Position numbers and translations under genes: made by a program. From Pseudomonadota bacterium (lineage in GTDB: Bacteria > Myxococcota_A > Polyangia > Palsa-1104 > JAEUJZ01), in NCBI GenBank assembly GCA_035345735.1, contig DAORCZ010000024.1, positions 1 through 22,380 on the forward strand: a stretch of 22,380 bases of DNA, written 5' to 3'. Positions 16,567 through 22,380 of this stretch are shown here, piece by piece. The notes below the pieces were generated by a model. The model made no database searches. It had not been told where the DNA came from and saw only the letters and a program-made list of their open reading frames with translations. Each line of letters starts with the position of its first letter. Within the stretch, counting starts at the first letter, position 1.

Positions 16567-17454
16567 ATGGAAAACCCAGCCGATGCCGGGAGCAGCAAGC
16601 GCGGCCTGGCCGAGATGCTCAAGGGCGGCGTGATCATGGACGTGGTGAGCGTTGAGCAGGCGCGCATCGCCGAGGATGCCGGGGCAGTGGCGGTCATGGC
16701 CCTAGAGCGTGTCCCCGCGCAGATCCGCAAAGAAGGCGGGGTGGCACGCGCCGCCGATCCCGCCCTGATCACCGCCATCAAAAAAGCGGTCAGCATTCCC
16801 GTCATGGCCAAGTGCCGCATCGGTCACTTTGTCGAGGCGCGCATTCTGGAAGCGCTGGCCGTGGACTTCATCGATGAGAGCGAGGTCCTGACGCCCGCCG
16901 ATGAAGAGCACCACATCGACAAGGCCAGCTTTGCCGTGCCGTTTGTCTGCGGCTGCCGCGACCTGGGGGAAGCCTTGCGACGCATCGCCGAAGGGGCGGT
17001 GCTGCTGCGCTGCAAGGGCGAGCCCGGCACCGGCAACATCGTCGAAGCGGTGCGTCACCTGCGGGCGCTGCAGGGGGCGCTGCGGCGGCTCTCAGCGCTG
17101 CGGACCGAGGAGCTGCCCAAAGAGGCCAGGCGTCTGGGCGCACCACTGCCGCTGGTACGCGAGGTGGCCCAGAGCGCGCAGCTGCCGGTGCCGCTGTTCG
17201 CGGCCGGGGGCGTGGCCACTCCAGCCGATGCCGCGCTGTGCATGGCGCTAGGCGCCGAGGCGGTCTTTGTCGGCAGTGGCATCTTCCTCAGCGAAGACCC
17301 ACCGCGCCGCGCCCAGGCGATGGTCACCGCCGTCACCGGTTATCAGGACCCGATGCTGCTCTGCCAGGCCAGCAGCGGCCTGGGGGCGGCGATCCGCGGG
17401 ATTGAACTGCAGCAGCTCGCACCGGCTGAAAAAATGGCCGCGCGGGGGTGGTAG
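16567..17454 (+). CDS. pdxS: Pyridoxal 5'-phosphate synthase lyase subunit PdxS (Pdx1/SNZ).
   Basis: Strong RBS GAGGAGG. Highly conserved PdxS blocks ([27 protein letters not shown]). Confidence 0.95.
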   Translation: MENPADAGSSKRGLAEMLKGGVIMDVVSVEQARIAEDAGAVAVMALERVPAQIRKEGGVARAADPALITAIKKAVSIPVMAKCRIGHFVEARILEALAVDFIDESEVLTPADEEHHIDKASFAVPFVCGCRDLGEALRRIAEGAVLLRCKGEPGTGNIVEAVRHLRALQGALRRLSALRTEELPKEARRLGAPLPLVREVAQSAQLPVPLFAAGGVATPADAALCMALGAEAVFVGSGIFLSEDPPRRAQAMVTAVTGYQDPMLLCQASSGLGAAIRGIELQQLAPAEKMAARGW

Positions 17455-18000
17455 ATGGAACCGGTGGGCGTGCTCGCGGTGCAAGGGGGCTTTGCGGCGC
17501 ATGCGCGGGCCCTGGAAGCCTGCGGCTGCGCGGTGCGACTGGTGCGCAGTCCGCCGCACCTGATGGGGCTGCGTGGGCTGGTGCTGCCAGGCGGCGAGAG
17601 TACGGCCCAGCTTCGCCTGCTGCGACGGCTGGGACTATGGGAGCCGCTGCGTGCGCGGCTTGCCGAGGGCTGCCCGGTGCTGGCCACCTGCGCCGGCCTG
17701 ATCTTGTTGGCGCGAGAGGTCCGTGACCCGCTGCAGGACAGCTTAGAGGCGCTGGATGTGACGGTGCGACGCAATGGCTATGGCAGTCAGATCGACAGCT
17801 TTTCGGCGCGCTCCGATGATGGACAGCGGCCGCTGGTCTTTATCCGCGCTCCGCGCCTGGTGGCGACCGGCTCGCAGGTCCAGGTGCTGGCGACCTGGCG
17901 AGGCGAACCCGTGCTGGTGCGGCAGGGCGGCCTCACCGCAGCCACCTATCATCCCGAGCTCACCGATGACCTGGCTCTGCATCGCGAGATCTTCGCTTAG
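17455..18000 (+). CDS. pdxT: Pyridoxal 5'-phosphate synthase glutaminase subunit PdxT (Pdx2/SNO).
   Basis: The ATG abuts the pdxS stop (TAGATG). Class-I glutamine amidotransferase motifs are present (LVLPGGEST, TCAGLI, YHPE). Confidence 0.9.
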   Translation: MEPVGVLAVQGGFAAHARALEACGCAVRLVRSPPHLMGLRGLVLPGGESTAQLRLLRRLGLWEPLRARLAEGCPVLATCAGLILLAREVRDPLQDSLEALDVTVRRNGYGSQIDSFSARSDDGQRPLVFIRAPRLVATGSQVQVLATWRGEPVLVRQGGLTAATYHPELTDDLALHREIFA

Positions 18001-18135
18001 CACATCGGCGCGGCGGCCGGCGGCGGGCGAGCTAATATTTTTCGGACGGCGCTGTCGGCTGCGCACGCCAATGCAGCGGGCCGGCCAAGCCACAAGCGGA
18101 CCGACGCGCGGGGACTTTTCGAGGATCGGCATCCG

Positions 18136-19134
18136 ATGATCTTTCATCTTGTGTTCGATGACGTGGCCGATGGCGGCATCGGAGTCGCTCTGGATGTTGT
18201 AGCCACCGCGACCCGCCTTTTGCGGGCCGGTGTCTGCAGCGCGCCCGGGGCGGGGCAAGCGCTGACGCAGCGCATCGTTTCGACGGATGGACAGTCGGTG
18301 CGGACCTTTGCCGAGCGCACGCTGAGCGTGGATGGCTCGCTGCCGGTCGAGCAGGTGGGGCCGGGGGATGTCATTGTTCTTGCGGGCCTCTCGGCGGCAA
18401 CCCCAGCGCAGATCGCCGCGCTGCTGCGGCGAGCCGATGTGCAGCGGGGCAGCGAGCTCCTGGCGCAAGCTGTGGCGCAGGGCGCGCTGGTTGCGGCCTC
18501 GTGCTCGGCCACCTTCGTCCTGGCGGCCTCTGGGGTTCTGCACGGACGGCAGGCGACGACCACCTGGTGGCTGGCCCGCCAGTTCAGCGAGCGCTATCCC
18601 CAGATCGATCTGCGCATCGATCGCATGGTGGTGGACGCGCAGGTGGCGATCACCGCTGGCGCAGCGCTTTCGCACACCGATCTGATGCTGGCCATCGTCA
18701 GCCGCATGGTCAGTCCCTCTCTCAGTCAGCTCATCGCCAGTTATCTCGTCCTCGAGCAGCGCGAGTCGCAAGCGCGCTACATGATTCAAGAGAGCCTGCG
18801 TACCCAGGACCCCTTGATCCAGACGCTGGAGCGATTCCTGCTGGCCAACCTCAGCCGGCAGATCAGCACGAGCGAGATGGCACGCGCGACGGCGACCTCG
18901 CCGCGGACGCTTTCGCGACGACTGGCTGAGCTGCTGGCCATGTCGCCGCAGCGCTTCGTCCAGCGTCTGCGCGTAAATCACGCCGTCTACTTGCTGCAGA
19001 CCACGCAGACCCCGGTGGAAGAAATCGCCGCCGGGGTTGGCTACGCCGATGCCGCAGCGTTTCGTCGCATCTTCCAGCGCGAGACGGGACAGACCCCGCG
19101 AGAGGCGCGGGCCCGCATCCCGCAGCGCGCCTAG
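18136..19134 (+). CDS. GlxA-like transcriptional regulator: N-terminal DJ-1/PfpI domain plus C-terminal AraC-type HTH.
   Basis: DJ-1/PfpI-like core (VIVLAGLS, ASCSATFVLAASGVLHGRQATTTW). AraC HTH (ISTSEMARATATSPRTLSRRLAE...VGYADAAAFRRIFQRETGQTPRE). Confidence 0.85.
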   Translation: MIFHLVFDDVADGGIGVALDVVATATRLLRAGVCSAPGAGQALTQRIVSTDGQSVRTFAERTLSVDGSLPVEQVGPGDVIVLAGLSAATPAQIAALLRRADVQRGSELLAQAVAQGALVAASCSATFVLAASGVLHGRQATTTWWLARQFSERYPQIDLRIDRMVVDAQVAITAGAALSHTDLMLAIVSRMVSPSLSQLIASYLVLEQRESQARYMIQESLRTQDPLIQTLERFLLANLSRQISTSEMARATATSPRTLSRRLAELLAMSPQRFVQRLRVNHAVYLLQTTQTPVEEIAAGVGYADAAAFRRIFQRETGQTPREARARIPQRA

Positions 19135-21158
19135 ACCCGCACGTCTTTCGCGCCGTACTTGCGATCGCAGAAGTCCGAGATGGCGCGCCCCAGCGCCTCG
19201 ACGTCGCCGTTCGCCGGGACCGAGATGCGGCAGATTTGAACGTTGTTTCGTTTCTGCGCTGCCTTGACCGCTGCCGGCAGCGAGCCCTGCGTCGACTCCT
19301 GCGGATTGATGACGTAGAAGACATCGGGGCGCCCGCCGCCGCTGGACTGCCCGTAGCTGACGCGATTGCGCACCCCCTCAGGGACGTTCGCCAGCAGGAA
19401 ATCCACGAATTCGTCGACGAGGTTTTCGTGATCCGTCGGCGCCGGGGGCAGGTAGAACGAAAGGATCCCCGTCGCGAGTCCGGCTTCGACCTGGGCTGGC
19501 GAGATCGCGTACAGCACGACCTCGTGGCCATGTCGCCGCAGCGCCGCGCGAATCGTTTCTGCCAGCTGATGCGTGCTGGCGGCGATCTGCGCCATGCGCG
19601 GACGCAGGTCCGACAGGCCTTCGATCAAGGCCGCCAGCTGTGACGGACGGGCCCCTGAGTCAGCGTCGCTCGCTTCGACCCGCGCCTGCATCAGGATGCG
19701 ATGGGCCAGCGGCTCGCCCGCGCCGGCGACCACGCCCAGCGTCGCCTTGCCCTTGGTGTAGTACTTGGACCCGCTCTTCACGAGCAGCAGCGGCCAATCA
19801 GCAGCGCCGTCCAGGGTGAACAGGGGATAAAGCGGCGCCAGGGTGGTGTCGACGAAAACCGGCACCTTCTGCCCCGTGCGCTGCAGGTGGGCGCGCAACG
19901 CCGAAAGGAGCCGATCAAAGTCGTGCACCTGTAGCTCGGGATTGGTCGGCGTCTCCAGAAACAGACAGGCCGGCGTCGTCCCCAGGTCGGCCAGCGCGGC
20001 GATGAACCGGTCAATCAGCGTCAGCGAGCGACCCTCTGCGTCTTGGCCCATGACCTGCAGCGGCATCGGCACCACCTGGGCCTGTCGCGGCAACAGCTCA
20101 GCAATCAGCTGACCGGTGCCGCCATAGCCGTTCTGGGCATAGAACAGCCGCATCCCCTCGGTGTGGCCCAGCACCTTGGCACAGGCGCTCAACACCGCGG
20201 CCTCGGCCGCGAGCCCGGTGCAGAAGTAGGCACACTCGGTCACTCCCGGGCAGAGCTCACGGAGCAGTCGATCACAGTCTTCGCTGCGCACGGCAGGGGA
20301 CGGAAGCGGCGGCAGGGCGGCGATGCGCCGTAGCTCAGCTAGGGCATCGCTGGCCAAAAGGGCCGCGCTCGTGCGTTTGCGAATCAGCTGCAGGCGCACC
20401 GGGTCAAAGCGTTCGAGGCGCCGGATCAGCAAGACACCGCCGCCGGGAACGGTGCAGCAGGTCGCGTCCGCATCGTGGCGCAGCGCATGGTCGGAAAACG
20501 GGCCGCTCATGACGTAGATCGCCAGGCTCTCGCCCGATGGAATCGGTCCGTCGTGATGCTCGTATAGCTCGACGGCCTGGCCCGCCAAAGCCTGCCGCAG
20601 GCCGGACGAAAGTGGCAGCTCCCCATCGGCGTACAGCCGAACCGGGATCAGGTCCTTTCGCGCCTCCAGGACGGCAAGGTAGGGCTTGGTCTGTGAGGCA
20701 AAGCTGATGGCGCGGGCGGCCCCGCTCTGCGCGGCCAGAACCAGCTCGTAGATCGTCGACAGCGGGTGGCCCAGACGCGCGTAGTCATAGGGATGGCCAC
20801 AGGCCACAAGCAGCCGGCGCAGCGTCGCTGGATCGTGGATGTCCTGGGCCAAGATCTCGTCTAACGCCCCCAGGAAGCGCGCGACAAACTCGGCCTCCGA
20901 ATGAAAGCGCGGCAGATCATAGGTGGTGGCTTCTGGTGCCCAGTCCTCTGGGAGGGCGAGCGCTTGTCCCAAAAGTCGCGGCAGGACTTGCACAAGGCGG
21001 CGGGCATCAACGGGATGGCTAGCGGTCGTGTTCGTCACGATGCCCAGAGTGTAATCGCAACTGGGGATCGCAGTCCGGCACATCCCGTGTGTTTTGTCGG
21101 CTCGCCAGGTTTCGTCCCTCCCGGCGGCTTCCACAGGGCCGGCGAAGCGACCGTTCAC
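19131..21158 (-). CDS. 675-aa protein. The C-terminal half is a complete Cys/Met-metabolism PLP-dependent (cystathionine gamma-synthase/lyase-like) domain. The N-terminal ~290 aa weakly resemble the start of the same fold.
   Basis: C-terminal half: LFLETPTNPELQV, FVDTTLA, LLVKSGSKYYTKGKATLGVVAG (PLP-Lys block, compare xSxTKYxxGHSDxxGVVxG), VQICRISVPANGDVEALGRAISDF (C-terminal LIRLSVGIED-like). N-terminus: YDYARLGHPLSTIYELVLAAQSG resembles the YxRxGNPT...LE..LA motif. The ORF start at 21158 is GTG. An alternative ATG lies at 21083. Confidence 0.7.
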   Translation of the reverse strand: MNGRFAGPVEAAGRDETWRADKTHGMCRTAIPSCDYTLGIVTNTTASHPVDARRLVQVLPRLLGQALALPEDWAPEATTYDLPRFHSEAEFVARFLGALDEILAQDIHDPATLRRLLVACGHPYDYARLGHPLSTIYELVLAAQSGAARAISFASQTKPYLAVLEARKDLIPVRLYADGELPLSSGLRQALAGQAVELYEHHDGPIPSGESLAIYVMSGPFSDHALRHDADATCCTVPGGGVLLIRRLERFDPVRLQLIRKRTSAALLASDALAELRRIAALPPLPSPAVRSEDCDRLLRELCPGVTECAYFCTGLAAEAAVLSACAKVLGHTEGMRLFYAQNGYGGTGQLIAELLPRQAQVVPMPLQVMGQDAEGRSLTLIDRFIAALADLGTTPACLFLETPTNPELQVHDFDRLLSALRAHLQRTGQKVPVFVDTTLAPLYPLFTLDGAADWPLLLVKSGSKYYTKGKATLGVVAGAGEPLAHRILMQARVEASDADSGARPSQLAALIEGLSDLRPRMAQIAASTHQLAETIRAALRRHGHEVVLYAISPAQVEAGLATGILSFYLPPAPTDHENLVDEFVDFLLANVPEGVRNRVSYGQSSGGGRPDVFYVINPQESTQGSLPAAVKAAQKRNNVQICRISVPANGDVEALGRAISDFCDRKYGAKDVRV

Positions 21159-21222
21159 GATCGCCGTGAGCCCTCGGACTTGCGCCGGGCTGTCGCGCAG
21201 CGGTCTGGCCCGGCCATCCTCG

Positions 21223-22263
21223 CTAAAGCTTCAGCTTGTCCATGTCGCGGGCCAGCGCATCGGGGGCCACGTGCGAGTAGATCAGCGTCATGTCGAGCGA
21301 GCCGTGACCGAGGATGTCCTTGAGGGCGACGATGCTGCCGCCTGATTCGACGAACAGCGAGGCGAAGGTGTGACGCAGCGTGTGCCAGGGCCGGATGGGT
21401 ACCGTGCAGCCTATCGCTTTGAGCAGATCCGCAAGCCAAGCCGCCGCGCGTTTGGCGCCGAGCGGACACACCAGACCGGCCGCAGACTTCGGACAGATCG
21501 TCCGCCATTGTGCAAGCTCATCGACCCAGGTCGCGGGCAGTGGCACGGTGCGCGGCTTGCCCGACTTGGGGGTGCGATCAAAGCTGCGGGCGACGGTCAA
21601 ACGGCGACGCGGCAGATCGACATCCACCCATCGCAGGCCAAAGATCTCTCCGAAGCGCAGCCCAAGGCGCAGGGCCAAACAGACCGCCACGTAACGGGCT
21701 TGCTGCATCGCATCGGTGCGCTGTGATCGCGCAAGATCCAGCAGTCGCCCCGCTTCTTCGGCGCTCAGGCGATCCGTGCTGGAGGTCTTGCGCGGCAGCT
21801 TGAGCCCGACCATCGGCGAGGCCGGGATCAGCTCTTGCCGCACGGCCCAGGTCAGCGCCGCTGCCAGCGGCCGGAGCGCTGCCGCCAGCGTGTTCGGTTT
21901 GTAGCGCGCCATCAGCTTGTCGCGCAGGCCTTCGAGGTCGCGGCGGCGCAGCTTGGACAGCGGGATCGCGCCGACCACCGGCAGGACGCGAACCAAGGAA
22001 TAGCCTGCCGCCTTGCGATACCGCTCGGCATCTTTCGCGCGCGGGTGAGCCGAGGCCAAGAAGCGCTCGCACAGTTCGGCCACGGTCATGGTGCTGGCAC
22101 TCGCCGCCGTGACCACGCCACGTGAAACGTCCGCTTCGGCCTGCGCCAGCAGCTTGCGCGCTTCGCTGTGGCTCATCGCGGCCGTCGTCTTCACACGCCG
22201 CTTGCCTTCGGCGTCGAAGTACCGAATCGCCCACTTCTGTCCCCGCTTCAGGATGTCGCCCAT
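21223..22263 (-). CDS. Tyrosine site-specific recombinase / phage-type integrase.
   Basis: C-terminal catalytic motifs HTLRHTFAS (H-x-x-R-H) and LGHGSLDMTLIYSHV (catalytic Tyr). The upstream Arg is in LRLGLRFGEI. ATG 22263 with GGGAGTGG lies 9 nt upstream. The ORF stays open to 22371. Confidence 0.85.
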   Translation of the reverse strand: MGDILKRGQKWAIRYFDAEGKRRVKTTAAMSHSEARKLLAQAEADVSRGVVTAASASTMTVAELCERFLASAHPRAKDAERYRKAAGYSLVRVLPVVGAIPLSKLRRRDLEGLRDKLMARYKPNTLAAALRPLAAALTWAVRQELIPASPMVGLKLPRKTSSTDRLSAEEAGRLLDLARSQRTDAMQQARYVAVCLALRLGLRFGEIFGLRWVDVDLPRRRLTVARSFDRTPKSGKPRTVPLPATWVDELAQWRTICPKSAAGLVCPLGAKRAAAWLADLLKAIGCTVPIRPWHTLRHTFASLFVESGGSIVALKDILGHGSLDMTLIYSHVAPDALARDMDKLKL

Positions 22264-22380
22264 GTTGATCCACTCCCTGATCCAGCCGTGCGGCGAACGG
22301 CTCGTCGGAGCCCCAAAAGGACGGTCCGGCGGTCGATACCGCCACCGTCGCAAACTCGCATTATTCCACATTTTTTTAGT

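Noticed and set aside
17743-18981. 412-aa minus ORF spanning pdxT and the GlxA-like gene antisense
   Set aside because: It crosses two well-supported plus-strand genes and their intergenic region. Arg-rich translation with no motifs.
21578-22345. 255-aa minus ORF in an alternative frame over the integrase
   Set aside because: The other minus frame contains the complete tyrosine-recombinase catalytic motifs. This frame is Arg/Gly/Ala-rich.
22264-22380. Looked for a tRNA gene or att core next to the integrase
   Set aside because: No T-loop/CCA-like tRNA signature is visible in the ~115 bp available. The AT-rich tail is noted, but nothing can be called without sequence beyond the window.
1-22380. 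CRISPR arrays, rRNA, IS elements with terminal inverted repeats
   Set aside because: No regularly spaced direct repeats, no rRNA-like conserved stretches and no transposase-like ORFs were found. The only mobile-element signal is the integrase.

Overview
A 22.4 kb, high-GC (about 68-70%) bacterial chromosomal segment. The composition and gene content (lipoproteins, a death-like N-terminal domain, a major vault protein homolog) are consistent with a Myxococcota-like genome, but the organism cannot be confirmed from sequence alone. I support 18 protein-coding genes. I found no rRNA, tRNA or CRISPR.

Gene content, left to right:
- a class-III aminotransferase, divergent from an isochorismatase-family hydrolase
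- a large minus-strand gene fusing an N-terminal death-like (EAD-type) helical domain, an AAA-type P-loop ATPase and a C-terminal metallophosphoesterase with all catalytic motifs
- an upstream secreted vWA-domain protein sitting in a strongly AT-shifted patch
- a THUMP/RlmL-like RNA methyltransferase, divergent from a clear bacterial homolog of eukaryotic major vault protein (MVP repeats plus shoulder domain, Pro/Ala/Gln-rich insert, no cap-helix)
- a lipoprotein
- a translationally coupled four-gene cassette: dienelactone hydrolase, metal-cupin, kynureninase-like class-V PLP enzyme, RidA
- a small secreted protein
- a MocR/PdxR-like regulator co-directional with pdxS and pdxT
- a GlxA-like DJ-1/AraC regulator
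- a 675-aa protein whose C-terminal half is a complete Cys/Met-metabolism PLP domain
- a tyrosine integrase at the right edge

The strongest candidates for undescribed biology are the EAD-ATPase-phosphoesterase fusion with its neighbouring vWA gene in a compositionally foreign patch, and the truncated bacterial MVP homolog. Most long antisense ORFs in the six-frame track are high-GC artefacts and were rejected.
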